From Chiloscyllium plagiosum (taxonomy: Eukaryota), in contig NC_057711.1 in NCBI RefSeq assembly GCF_004010195.1, positions 76,002,208-76,066,207 of the forward strand: 64,000 nucleotides of DNA. The letters are read 5' to 3'. Made by a program: the position numbers and the translations under genes. Position 1 is the stretch's first letter, and each line of letters opens with the position of its first letter. Of the stretch, positions 1 to 11,668 are shown piece after piece. The notes below the pieces were generated by a model that made no database searches, was not told the origin of the DNA, and saw only the letters and a list, made by a program, of their open reading frames with translations.

Positions 1-50
1 GATGTTTAGAAGAATGAGGGGGTGTTCTCATTGACACCTATAAAATTCTG

Positions 51-155
51 GAGTTTAGATTAGAGTGGTGCTGGAAAAGCACAGCAGGTCAGGCAGCATC
101 CGAGGAGCTGGGAAATCGATGTTTTGGGCAAAAGTCCTTCATCAGGAATAGAGGA
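51..155 (-). mobile_element. PLE-derived terminal fragment (family 1) with decayed HHR motif at 114-149
   Basis: Near-identical to the left arm of 17171-17463. The minus strand reads ATTC CTGATGA A GGAC TTTT GCCC AAAA CATC GATT (G12>A). Confidence 0.8.
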
Positions 156-170
156 ACAGGACTAGACAAA

Positions 171-495
171 TGTAGGGCCCTCGTTTGCACTCAGTATTTG
201 CTGATTTTAAGTGATTTCAATCAACCCTGATCCCTGGTTTTAGACACTGGACTTATTTAGAGAATGTGAAATGAAGAAGGCTGTGGGCAGGTGTTTCAGA
301 ACAAAAGTATCTCTGTTTTTGTTTAAATACAAAAAGGGTAGGTATTATACAAGAACTAAAGGCAAATGCAATAAACTGGTGGGATTAACACAATTATACA
401 GAGGACAGTAATTAAATACTAGTAGAACCTAAACAACCGTTTTGATGACAGTTTAGGCTTTCTACCCTTGAGGTCCATGAACTGTCACCAATTGC
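171..495 (-). mobile_element. 3' fragment of the LTR-like element seen at 44165-45719
   Basis: The reverse complement aligns by eye with about 45390-45719 (tttattgcatttgcct; ctaaataag...aaccagggatc; taaaatcag...tgcaaac...ctaca) and shares the CTACA terminus. Confidence 0.7.
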
Positions 496-671
496 CCACA
501 GTTTAAGGGATGTGGGCTATGCTTAGTTAGGACTGAGGAGAAATTTCTTCACCCACATAAAGTGGTTGAGGCCAAGATATTGATTGTTTAAGAAGGAGTT
601 AGATATAATTCTTGGGCCAAAGGGATCAGAAATAAAAGTGGGAATTGGGTATGTATTGGATGATCATATTA

Positions 672-768
672 TCACTAACTACCTGACGAAGGAGCAGTGC
701 TCCAAAAGCTTGTACTTCCATGTATAGTAAACCTGTTGGACAATAACCTGACGTTGTGTGATTTTTAA
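672..768 (+). mobile_element. PLE-derived family 2 fragment with decayed HHR motif (680-714)
   Basis: TAC CTGACGA A GGAGC AGT GCTCC AAAA GCT TGTA, followed by the aaacctgttggac...gttgtgtgatttttaa tail shared with 54347-55325. Confidence 0.8.
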
Positions 769-849
769 CCATCATCAGATTGAATGGCAGGGCAGATTTG
801 AAGGGATAAACAGCCGACTCCTGCTTTTATTTTATGTTTCTCTGCTTCA

Positions 850-1900
850 GGCAGACAGTGCAAGTCAGTTACCTGGAAACCAGCAAAGGTTTTGAAGATA
901 TGCGATCTGTCCAGGTCACGGAGTCATTGCTTACGTGGTGCTACATTACGAAGAAACCAAAGTCAGCTCAGGTCAATCATGGAGACACAGAGTGTGGAAT
1001 AGGATCTGATAATGATGATTAGGCAATAATGCTGAGTAACAGCAACCAGCAGCAAAACAACCAAGTTGTCAACCAAGAGCAGCTAATAATAACAACATAT
1101 GCCAATCTCCACGGGGATGTCATTGCTCAAATCAGAATGAGTCATTAAACCTCCAAAACTTTATATTGAAGTTTGAACTATTAATCTTGTTGACTCTGTT
1201 TTTATTTGCCTACATAATGATTGAATTGTCAATACATGCCAATATACAATATCTTTCTGGCTGAGATTTCTTTGCTTTAGAAAAGGGGGGCTGTTGTGTT
1301 ATACTTTGTATTAGATATGCAATATCATTTTAAAGGACATGTTTATGATGTCGTCACTATATCACGACATATGACCTAATTACAAAGATCTCAGTCTCCA
1401 CCTTACGGAGCTCTGTTAACTTGCAGCAAAACATATTAAGGGAAGCGTGTTTGAGATTGTGTCATCCTGTTTGAATAACAACGGGGACTGCAGGTGAATG
1501 GCCAAACTGACCATCTTACAGTAGTACAGGAAGCTAAAATGTATTTAGGAGAAGCAGGTAATAACTTAGTGAGAGAGACTGGCCACCATCCTTTGCAGCA
1601 AAGAGAGATCGTCCATTTGGCTGTGTTATCTGCCCAGTTCCAGGTTTTGGTACATCTGCTCACGGCTGGAATGGAACTTGCTGTGAAAGTGGAGGGATCC
1701 ACTGATCAAAGTCCATGTAACAATTACATGGATAGAAAGAGGAAATAGATGCCACATAGAAAGTATGAGGAGCTAGGCACAAAATCAAAAAGCACAACCT
1801 CAGCAATTACAATCTTTGGATTGTTATTACCTCAGCCATATGCAACTCGGCATCGCATACATTAAATTAGAATGATGAATATGTGACTCAGCATCTGAGG
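850..1900. mobile_element. Possible highly decayed PIF/Harbinger remnant
   Basis: The + frame near 915-950 reads VIAYVVLHY, like the IIxACCVLHN C-terminus of Harbinger transposases. A Q/N/D-rich tail and a convergent decayed segment follow. Weak. Confidence 0.3.
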
Positions 1901-2099
1901 TAGGAGAAGTGAGTTTCAGTTTGTGAGCCACTGACAACAATGCTAGGGAAAATGAGGGGGCTATATCATTGGGACAGTCTATACCTGAAACTACTGGAAC
2001 CAGTGTTCTATTAAAATGCATAATGGGGGAAGTGGAGAGGGCTTTACACTGAATAATGGGGGTAAGGAATCAAATGTTGAAAGATGTAATGTATTGAAA

Positions 2100-2570
2100 A
2101 GAGATGGGACAAATTAAGAGAAAAATAGTCAGTCATATGTTAAATGAGATCAGAGAATAGCAGGAAGAGGCTCAGAGAAAAATTTAGCAATCCATCAACA
2201 ATCAAGATTAGATGTTACAAAGATAATAAAAATACACAACTGAAGACTCGATATCTGAAAGTGTGTAGCACTCAAAACAAAGTAAATGAATCGATAGTAT
2301 ACATTGAAGTGAATAAATATGGTTGGATAGCCATTATAGATGTATGACTTCAAGATGACAAGGATTGATTACTGATTATTGAGGGGTATAAAATATTCAA
2401 GGAAAATACAAAAGTGGGTAAAGGTGGAGGTGTAACACTTTTAATCAAAGATGTCCAATAATTAGTGATGATCAGGAGATCAGAATGTTGATTCCATTTG
2501 GGTGAGCATGAGGAAAACAATGACTGGAAAACATTACTGAGAATTGTCTTTAGGCCTATAAGCATGAATG
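2100..2570 (+). mobile_element. Old CR1 ORF1/ORF2 junction and endonuclease fragment
   Basis: Translation LKTRYLKVCSTQNKVNE...IAIIDV and GYKIFKENTKVGKGGGVTLLIKD is a typical CR1 AP-endonuclease N-terminus. Confidence 0.7.
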
Positions 2571-2599
2571 AAATACTTTTCCTATTGTCTTCTTTCACC

Positions 2600-3420
2600 C
2601 AAAAAGAATGTATAACTGTTGTAATGCAGGCATCTTCCCATAAATATTAGCTATATCCTATCCACTGCTATCCATTTTAATGAAGAAATCCATTGTATTG
2701 CAGCCAAATCCCATACTTTTTTAGTTTCCTTTGTTCAGATTTAGAACCCTAGTTTCAGATTGGATGACTTCACTTTTTATCTTAATGGAGAATTCTTTCT
2801 TATTACAGTTGCCTTTTCTGAAAGCCAAGATTATTAATTAACCACGGGACATTGCACAAAACCAAATCTAAGATAGCCTATTCCCCAATTGGTTCGACAA
2901 TTGTATTTTGTATTTTCCTTGAATATTTTATACCCCTCAATACTCAGTAATCAATCCTTATCATCTTGAAGTCATACAATTAGATCTAAAAGATTAGTTT
3001 TCCCAGTCTACATGTAACTTAATGTCACTCATAATTACTGTAGCACCCTTGGAGCATGTATTTCTATTTTCCTGTTTAGCACCATTTCCTATCTTATCAC
3101 ATGGATTGCAAGCTTATACATAACTTCCAGTAATGTTTTCCATCCAGTGTTGCTTCTGAGCTCCATCCAGACAGATTTCACACATGCATTTCCTGCATCA
3201 AGATCCTTCTTTACTATTGTACGGTTTCATTTTATACTGACCATGTCAAGCATCCTCCTTTTCCATTATGCCTCCCCTTCCTAAAATTTGAATACTCTTG
3301 CATGTTTAGATGCCAGCCTTGGGCATGCTGTAGCCATGTAATTACAATCATACCAACAGTTTTGAATTATTTGAGCTGAAATTATTGCAAATGATCCATG
3401 CATTTAGATAAAGTATATTT
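2600..3420 (-). mobile_element. Old CR1 endonuclease-region fragment in opposite orientation
   Basis: The minus strand shows decayed APE motifs (GYSNFRKGRHNGKGGC; VIMSDIKLHVDWEN). Confidence 0.6.
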
Positions 3421-3864
3421 AGAGTTGTTAATTTGGTGTTTTTACACATTTTTATACAGCTGCCCTGTTTACTGGTAGTTCTTTTGAAAAGCCATTGTAT
3501 TTCCAGAATTGTATTTTATCCATTCTTATGTTCAGTTAAGTCAGATTATTGGAGCTAAGCCAACCATAAATATGTATCTGATTATATTTAACTTGCTATC
3601 CGCATCCATACAAATTTCAATTGATATTACACACTCAGTAGTCTGTATGGCTGGGTATGGACTATGAAAATCAGTGATTAAAGCAGAGGACAAGTCAATT
3701 TTTAAGGATATGTGAAAAATGATATACCTTGTCAAAGCATTTTGTCCCATACTTATTAGTACCTTTACAACAATACCAAAGTAAAGGGGAACAATATTTT
3801 ATACTGCGTACACTGCCTGGTTTAGATTGAATTAATGCTTAACAGTTAATTACAAGTGATCATC

Positions 3865-4095
3865 TAACTGGCATATTCTCCATGCCAAGCGCATGGAGTG
3901 CGCTCAACTATTCACCTTGACCAATCAGAGCCCATTTGCCAACACATCAATAGTCTTCTCATACAGTATAAAGTGTTGTTCCCCTTCTCACTGGTACTCT
4001 TACACAAATCTTGATGAATGCAGATTGATAACCCTCATCAAAATTGTGTCTTTTTTAGACACTACTCAATGTCTGTACTACCAAACAGCTATTTT
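3865..4095 (+). mobile_element. Old repeat terminus with CCAAT and TATA boxes and a degenerate HHR-like core; probably a further PLE-type end
   Basis: gaccaatcag at about 3919, TATAAA at 3967-3972 and (c)ttgatga at 4010-4017. Stem II and GAAA are degraded. Confidence 0.35.
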
Positions 4096-4714
4096 AAGAT
4101 CATGTTAATGAGGGGGTTTAATCTGGAAAAAGGAATAATAGAATAGAGAGGATGGGGTGCACTCAACTATTTACAAGTTTATTGTGAACAGAGTTTGAGC
4201 TGGCTGTCAGTTTCTGCTTGGGATTTATTCTCAATCTGTGTGAAAACATAGAAGTTAGAAGTACAGATACTCATTATTAGGTGTTAAAATGTAGTGCCTG
4301 ATGTGAATCTAAGCTACGCAAACTGAGAATATAAGAATTAATTCCTGATCTCAGGCTCTTCAGAGGTGGAATATGACAGTTGTTTAATTGCTTTTTGTGA
4401 ACTCTATGCACTGTTTGGTTCTGTTTGAACATAAGGGCAACATAACACTAGGCTTTGATACCTTCAGTACTGAAATTCATCAGCTAGGCTCAACTTCAAA
4501 GTGTCTCTGTTTGAGGCAAGTTGCAGAAAGCTGCTGATATCTGTGCATCTCAGTGGTTTCAGGAAATTGATGAATAAGAAGAAAAGAAACAATGAGAAAA
4601 TATTATGGAATAAAATGTTTGCTGAATATTTGAAAATTTCTGCACATCAGCAAGATGTGTTTGTAAACTGTAACAGGTCCAATAGATGGTAGTGAAATTG
4701 GAATATGTTTGACT

Positions 4715-5018
4715 TCAACTGCCTCAAAATCCCTCCAGCCCCAGCCTTATTCCATGTCTAGCATCCCCCATTACTCGCTTTCCTGATCTGACCTAACCGG
4801 TCCATCCTCCTACTCACCAATCAGCTCCATCCCTCCCACTAACCAATCACAATAACCCCCTACCTGCTTTCAACTATCACCATCTCACCTACCCTTCTCC
4901 CAGCCATACCGCCTACTCTCTATTTACCTCTGGGGTTCCCTCCCCTCCCCAGTCCTGACAAAGGGTTTTGGCCCAAAATATTGACTTTCCTGCTTCTCGA
5001 ATGCTATCTGACCTGTTA
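4715..5018 (+). mobile_element. PLE 3' terminal region (left part) with decayed HHR motif at 4951-4986; continues at 9500-9558
   Basis: The C-rich 3' UTR is like 49540-49740. The motif reads AGTC CTGACAA AGGG..GCCC AAAA TATT GACT, and the sequence stops at gacctgtta. Confidence 0.75.
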
Positions 5019-5948
5019 CAGTCATAGAGTCATACAGACGTACAGCACAGAAACAAACCCTTTGGTCCAATTTGTCCATGCCGACCAGTTATCCTAACCT
5101 ATCTAGTCCCATTTGCCAGCGCTTGGATCATATCCCTCCAAACCCTTCCTATTCACATACAATTGCAACATTTAAAAGACATGTAGATGGGTATCAGCCT
5201 CCACTACTTCCTCTGGCAGCTCATTCCATACATGCACCATCTTTTCCTTAAAAAGTTGCCCCATGGGTCCCTTTTAAATCTTTCCCCTTTCACCCTAAAC
5301 CTATGCCCTCTAGTTCTGGACTCCCCCACCCCAGGGAAAAGACTCTGTCTATTTACCCTATCCATGTCCCTCATGATTTTGTAAATCTCTGTAAGGTCAC
5401 CCCTCAGCCTTCGAGGTTCCAGGGTAAACAGCCCCAGCCTATTCAACCTCTCCTTGTAGCTCAAATCCTCCAACCCTGGCAACATCCATGTAGAATTTTT
5501 CTGATACCTTTCAAATTTCACAACATCCTTCCGAGAGGAGGGACACCAGAATTGGATGCAATATTCCAAAAGTGGCCTGACCAATGTCCTGTACAGCTGC
5601 AACATGACTTCCCAACTTGTGTACTCAATGCTCTGACCAATGATGGAAAGCATACCAAACGCCTTCTTCACTATCCTATCTACCTGAGACTCTACTTTCA
5701 AGGAACTATGAACCTGCACTCCAAGGTTTCTGTTCACTAACACTCCCCAGGACCTTACCATTTAGTGTATAAGTCCTGCTAAGATTTGCTTTCCCAAAAT
5801 GCTGCACCTTGCATTTATCTAAATTAAACTCCATTGGCCACTTCTCAGCTCATTGGTCCATCTGATCAAGATCTCATTGTACACTGAGGTAACCTTCTTC
5901 GGTGTCAACCACACTTCCAATTTTGATGTCATCTGCAAACTTATCAAA

Positions 5949-6190
5949 GTATACCACCTATGCTCATATCCAAATCATTTATATAAATGAAGAAAAGTAG
6001 TGGACCCAGCATCAATTCTTGTGGCACTCCACACGCCTCCAATCTGAAAAACAACTTTCCACCACCACCGTATACCACCTATGCTCATATCCAAATCATT
6101 TATATAAATGAAGAAAAGTAGTGGACCCAGCATCAATCCTTGTGGCACTCCACACGCCTCCAATCTGAAAAACAACCTTCCACCACAACC
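5949..6190. repeat. 121-bp tandem duplication inside CR1 ORF2
   Basis: Units 5949-6069 and 6070-6190 differ at about 3 positions. Confidence 0.9.
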
Positions 6191-7536
6191 CTCTGTCTTC
6201 TGCCTTTGAGCCAGTTCTGTATCCAAATGGCTAGTTCTCCCTGCATTCCACGTGATCTAACCTTGCTAACCAGTCTACCATGAGTAACCCTGTTAAATGC
6301 CTTGCTGAAGTAAATGTAGATCACAACCACCGCTCGGCCCTCATCAATCCTCTTCTTTACTTCTTCAAAAAACTCAATCATGTTGGTGAGACATGATTTC
6401 ACACGCACAATGTCATGTTGACTATCGCTTATCAGTCCTTGCCTTTCCAAATACACCAAATTCCTTTAGGATTCCCTCCAACAACTTGGCCAGCATTGAT
6501 GTCAGACTCGCCAGTCTATATTTCCCTGGCTTTTCCTTACCACCTTTCTTAAATAGTGGCACCATTTTAGCCAACCTCAGTCTTCTGACACCTGACCTAT
6601 GACTATCGATGATACAAATATCTCAGCAAGGGATCCAGCAAACACTTCCTTAGCTTCCCACAGAATTCCAGGATACACCTGATCAGGTCCTGGGGATTTA
6701 TTCACCTTTATTCATTTTAAGACATCCAGCACCTCCTCCTCTGTAATATGGACTTTTTTCAAAATGTCACCATCTATTTCCTCACATTCTGTATCTTTCA
6801 TGTCTTTCTCCACAGTAAACACTGATGCAAATTACTCATTTAGTATCTCCCCTATCTCCTGCAGTTCTACACATAGGTGATCCTACTGATCTTTGAGGGG
6901 CCCTATTCTCTTCCTACTTACCATTTTGGATTCACTCAATTTCTGCTGTCTATACCCAACATCAGCTTCCTTCTTTTTCTTAACCAAACCCTCAATTTCT
7001 TTTGTCATCCAGCATTCCCTATACCTACCAACCTTGCCTTTCATCCTAACAGGAACATACTGTCTCTGGTTATCTATTTTTGAAGGCTTCCGATTTTCCA
7101 ACTGTCACTTTACTTGCAAACACCCGCACCCAATCAACTTTTGAAAGTTCTTGCCTAATGCCGTTAAAATTGGCCTTTCTCCAATTTAGAACTTCAACTT
7201 TTAAATCCTGTCTATCCTTTGCCATCACTATTTTAAATCTAATAGAATTATGGTCACTGGCCCCAAAGTGCTCCCCTACTAGCACCTCAGTCACCTGCCC
7301 TATTTCCCAAGTGTAGGTCAGGTTTTGCACCTTCTCAAGTAGGTACATCCACATACTGAATCAGAAAATTTTCTTCTACACACTTTACAAGTTCCTCTCC
7401 ACCTAAACCGTTAACACTATGGCAGTCCCGGTCTATGTTTGGAAAGTTAAAATCCTCCCATTACCACCCTATTATTCCTACAGATAACTGAAATCTCCTT
7501 GCAAATTTGTTTCTCAATTTCCCGCTGACTATTGGG

Positions 7537-7628
7537 CCTGAAGAAGGGCCTGTGCCCGAAACGTCGAATCTCCTGTTCCCTGGATGCTGCCTGACCTGCT
7601 GTGCTGTTCCAGCAATAAAGTTTCAACT
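7537..7628 (+). mobile_element. PLE-derived family 1 fragment inserted in the CR1 endonuclease region
   Basis: Homologous to 17333-17420 and interrupts CR1 ORF2. Confidence 0.8.
7538..7569 (+). ncRNA. Minimal hammerhead ribozyme core (5' strand of stem I truncated)
   Basis: CTGAAGA A GGGC CTGT GCCC GAAA C GTC GAAT. Confidence 0.6.
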
Positions 7629-9499
7629 GTATTCCCAGGAATATCCTAAGTACAGTCGTAATGTTATCCTTTATCAAAAACACCACTCCCCCTCCTCTCT
7701 TGTCTCCCTTTCAATCCTTCCTATAGCATTTGTATCCAGGAACATTAAGTCCTGTCCATTCCTGAGCCACATCTTTGTAATTGTTATGATATCCCCCAGT
7801 CCCCTGTTCCTAACCATGCCCTGAGCTCATTTGCCTTTCCTGTTAGGCATCTTGCATTGAAATAAATACAGTTTAATTACCTCATTCTCTGCTTTATTCC
7901 TGCCTCCCCTGAGTGTTTGGCTTATTCCATTTCCCAACTGTACCAACCTCAGACTTCTCCCTTTCCTCACTATAATCCTGAGTCTCATCCCTCCACCTTC
8001 CCAGTTTAAATCCTCCCGAACAGCTCTAACAAATTCCCCAGCCAGTATATTAGTCCCCTTCCAACTCAGGTGCAATCCATCCTTCTTATACAGGTCACTT
8101 CCACCCAAGAAATTACAATGATCCAAAAGTGTGAACCCTTCTCCCCTGCACCAGCTCTTCAGCCATTCATTCACCTGTTTTATCCTCCCATTCCTATCCT
8201 CACTAGTTCATAGCACCAGGAGTAATCCAAATATTACTACCATCGAGGACCTCCTTTTTAAATTCTTGCCTTTCTATATTCTCCCTTCAGAATCTCATCC
8301 TTTTCCCTTTCTGCTTGTCCCTTTCCCCTTTGAGAACATTCTGCACCCTCTCCAAGATATCCTTGATCCTGGCACCAGAGAGGCAACACACCATTCTGAT
8401 TTCTCAGAGCCGGCTGCAGAAACACCTGTCTATGCCTCTGACTAGAGAGTCCCCTATCACAATCTATCACTTGGAACCTGACATACCCCTCATTACATTC
8501 AAGCCATGCTCAGTACCAGAAACTTGCTGTTTGCGCTACATTCCCCGGGAGGCCCTCACCCCCTACGTTTTCCACTCCCTATTTGTTTGAGATAGGGATA
8601 GCCATAGGAGACTCCTGCATTACCTGCCTCCATCTCCTACCTTTTCTGCTGGCAACCCATCTACCAAACTGTATCTGCAGTTTTTCTCCCTTCCTATAAC
8701 TGCCATCCATCACACCCCTTTGCTCCTGTAAATTCGTCATTGCCTCTACCTGCTGATCCAACCGATTCATACAATCTGATAAGATTCGTAACCAAACATA
8801 CTTACTGCAGACGTAATCATCAGTAACATGAAAACTCTCCCAAACCTCCCACATCTGACAGGAAGAGCACATCACTCTACTAAAGACCATCTTTGCACCT
8901 TAACAATCTACAGAAAATAGCACAGCCTTACTGTCTAAAAAAAACACTGCTCCAGGCTTACTTAGCACTGATGTTTTATATTTTTTAATTTTAATCAAGA
9001 GACAGATCTCAATAAAACATATAACCAAAAAGAACTCACTCCACTCACTATTTTAAAAAAAACAGCAAGTTTACACTTAAAAGCCATCCACTCATCTGCT
9101 CCTGAGCTGTAAGTTCTCCTGCACAATTTCCTCCAAGGTCAGCTTTGAATTTCACTCTTTGTTAATTTTTCTTAGACACACTCTGATGTCCAGAAATACT
9201 TGAACTGAAACAGCAAAGAAAGTAGCTGTGCAGATTCACTGCTGTGCCAGACAACAGTGTGGGTAGGTAGGTTTATTTCTCTCTCTTTCACACTGACCAT
9301 GTGGTAGATGCCTTTGCTCTCTTCCTCCTTTTTAAAGTGCCGTTGTTTTGATAATTTTCCCCTGAAGTTCCAAAACAATGCAACAGCTTATAAAACAGTA
9401 ATTACTGCTCCTGAAATTGAAGGAAATTACATCAAACAAGGTGCAGCTCTTGAAGCCACAACCGTTTCCCCATCTTCCATCTTGGATTACCCAGAATCC

Positions 9500-9558
9500 T
9501 TTTCCAGCTTTACATCTATTGACTCTGGTTTCCAGCATCTGTCGTCCTTACTGTCTCC
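9500..9558 (+). mobile_element. PLE 3' tail, continuation of 4715-5018
   Basis: ttttccagc...gactctggtttccagcatctgtcgtccttactgtctcc matches the tail at 49810-49870. Confidence 0.7.
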
Positions 9559-9705
9559 ATGTTTTATCCCTGCCAGCTGATGAAAATAAGGTCCTTCTTC
9601 AGGAAGTATCAAATTTCAGGCTGAAATATGTAAATTACTGAATACTTTTAATTTTAATGGCTTTAATTGGATCTTGGACATTTCTGTACCAAAAAAAGTT
9701 TGACA

Positions 9706-10165
9706 AGCCAAATATTGTGGATACTGGAAATCTGAAGTTAAAAATCAGAAAATGATGAAAATGCTCTGTAAATGGTAGCATATGAGGATAAAGAACTAGA
9801 CTTAATCTTTCAGGTCAGTGAGAACTGGATAAAATTCAGGATTTAAGCAGTTTTAACCAAGCCCAGTGACAAGATAAGAAGAAAGATGAAAAAAAAGCAA
9901 AAGGGAAATTCATTGATAGAGTGGAAGACAGAAGGCATTAAATAACAAAGTGCAGAAAGAAATGATCATGACAAATAAAAAAAATGCATCTAGAGGACGT
10001 GTAAGGATTATCAGAATCATCAGCAGCCACTGCTGTCCAAATTTATAATCAGAAATTGTGGAGTTCAGTATTGAGTCTGGAAGTCTGTAAAAATGCCTTA
10101 TTGAATGATAAGGAGCTATTTCTAAAGCTTATGTTGAACTTCATTGGAACTGCATAGGAAACTCT
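9706..10165 (-). mobile_element. Old PLE 3' fragment
   Basis: The tail motif tgtggatactggaaatctgaa is at left. The minus strand at about 10050-10160 encodes a decayed SNEVQHKL..LLII, like the GIY-YIG C-terminus at 49420-49520. Confidence 0.55.
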
Positions 10166-10741
10166 GACGAAAATAGCAAGAGTTGGAGTAAGACTGAAAA
10201 TTAATCGTTTGACAAATACACTGGACTGATTTGTTTCAGCAGAGTTGAAAGTTTGCAGGTGATAAAAATGTAGCAGTGAATCAAACGATAACAGGATTTT
10301 ATTATTTCCATTAAATGGGTCATATTAAATTTTGTTTCCATTAAGATATATTCCCAGTGGTAAAATATGATAGTAAAATGTGTTACACACGGATTGAGTC
10401 ATGATGGCAAATGTCAAAGTTGTTTATTATGTTTTTAAAACCTTCATAAAACCAGCATACAACTTTATGGCTGAAGACAGGACCACTGTAAGTCCTGTAG
10501 TAGGGAAATATATTTCAAAATGTGAAGTATAAACTACAAATGAGAAAAAATAAACTGACGAATATTCAAAACCTGAATGTTGGAACTGCAGAGTGTGTTG
10601 GTCAAAATCTGAGAGAGAAAGATAGGTTAATATTTCTATTCCAATGCCAACCAAATGCCGACCAAGTTAACTGGCTAGTTTGTTACTTACAGTAAATTGC
10701 TGTTTTAATTTAAGGAATTATTGCAGTGTTCAAATATAATT

Positions 10742-10915
10742 TTTAAAAATTCATTCATCAGATGTGGAAGTCACTGGTTAGGCCAGAATTAATTGTTTAT
10801 TCCTAACTGCCCCAGAGAAGGTCACAGTGAGCTATTTTCTTTAACTGCTGTAGTCCTTGGGGTTTAGGAACACACATAATGCTAATAGGAAAGGCATTCC
10901 AGGATTTTGACCCAT
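10742..10915 (-). mobile_element. 3' end of an L2/CR1-group LINE; tail shared with the SINE at 39682-40042
   Basis: ttcattcatcagatgtggaagtcactggttaggccag..tcctaactgccc resembles 39682-39752. Confidence 0.55.
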
Positions 10916-11191
10916 GCTTCATATGTGAGAGATTGCTACTAAATATAATTTGGCAGTTACATTTAATATCGTTCCAAATCAAATGCTAAGTTCCAAAACA
11001 CAAAGTTAATCAAATTAATTAGAAACCCAATTAAATAATTAGAAAATGCAGAGTCACAGAAGTTAACCAAGCCCAAAATTTTTAATTAATAAAATAGCTT
11101 CAACAAAGTCTTATATTGATAAAATCTACCTTTTCCACATGAATTAGAGCAATAATTGGAGAATTTTGTAAGGTATGTAAACATATTTCTT

Positions 11192-11668
11192 ATTGGTCAC
11201 TCTGCTCTGCCTAGGACCGTAAGAAACTATAGAAGGTTGTATGCACGGCCCAGACTATCACGGAAGCCACCTCCAATCCAGGGACTCCATTTACACTTCT
11301 CGTTGCCGTGGCAAGGCTGCCAACATCATCAAAGACATCTCCCAGCCCGGTGGGCTCTCATTACAACTCCTCCATCAAGCTGAAGATACAGAAGCTTGAA
11401 GCTTGAACCAATGGGTTCAAGAACAGCTTTTTCCTGCCATTATTAGACTTTTGAATGGACTCTCTAACTCCAAGTAATGTCAAACTTACTAATGTTGATC
11501 TTGTTTTGTGCACCTCCTGTGCAGTTGTAACCTGTATGCCTTGCTCTGTCTAAGCACCCTATGTTCTGTATATCCTTGCTTGTTATGATCTGTCTGTACT
11601 GCTCACAAAACAAAGCTTTTCACTGTACTTAGGTACATGTGACTACAATACATCAAATCAAATTAAAT
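11192..11668 (+). mobile_element. Rex1/Babar-type LINE 3' fragment
   Basis: Decayed C-terminus DRKKL*KVVCTAQTITEA..SIYTSRCRGKAANIIKD..RYRSL..FKNSFF, with an (AATCA)n tail. Confidence 0.75.

Larger units (their letters stand above)
1..845 (+). mobile_element. Old CR1-clade LINE 3' fragment, interrupted by insertions at 51-155, 171-495 and 672-768
   Basis: ORF2 C-terminal and 3' UTR motifs (agaagaatgagggg...tataaaattctg; gagaaatttcttcaccca; tail ctcctgcttttattttatgtttc) resemble other CR1 3' ends in the window. Confidence 0.7.
5019..9499 (-). mobile_element. Essentially full-length degenerate CR1-clade LINE (HER1-like), about 4.5 kb
   Basis: Contains an ORF1 zinc-finger start (8579-8890 CSSCQMWE..YVCSK) and SGNH esterase remnants (7827-8470, DGLHL). 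ORF2 APE and RT fragments lie at 5204-7686 (SQHDIVRVKSCLTN, GVPQGLMLGPLLF, LEYCIQFWCP). The 3' (GACTCTAT)n tail is at 5020. Confidence 0.92.
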
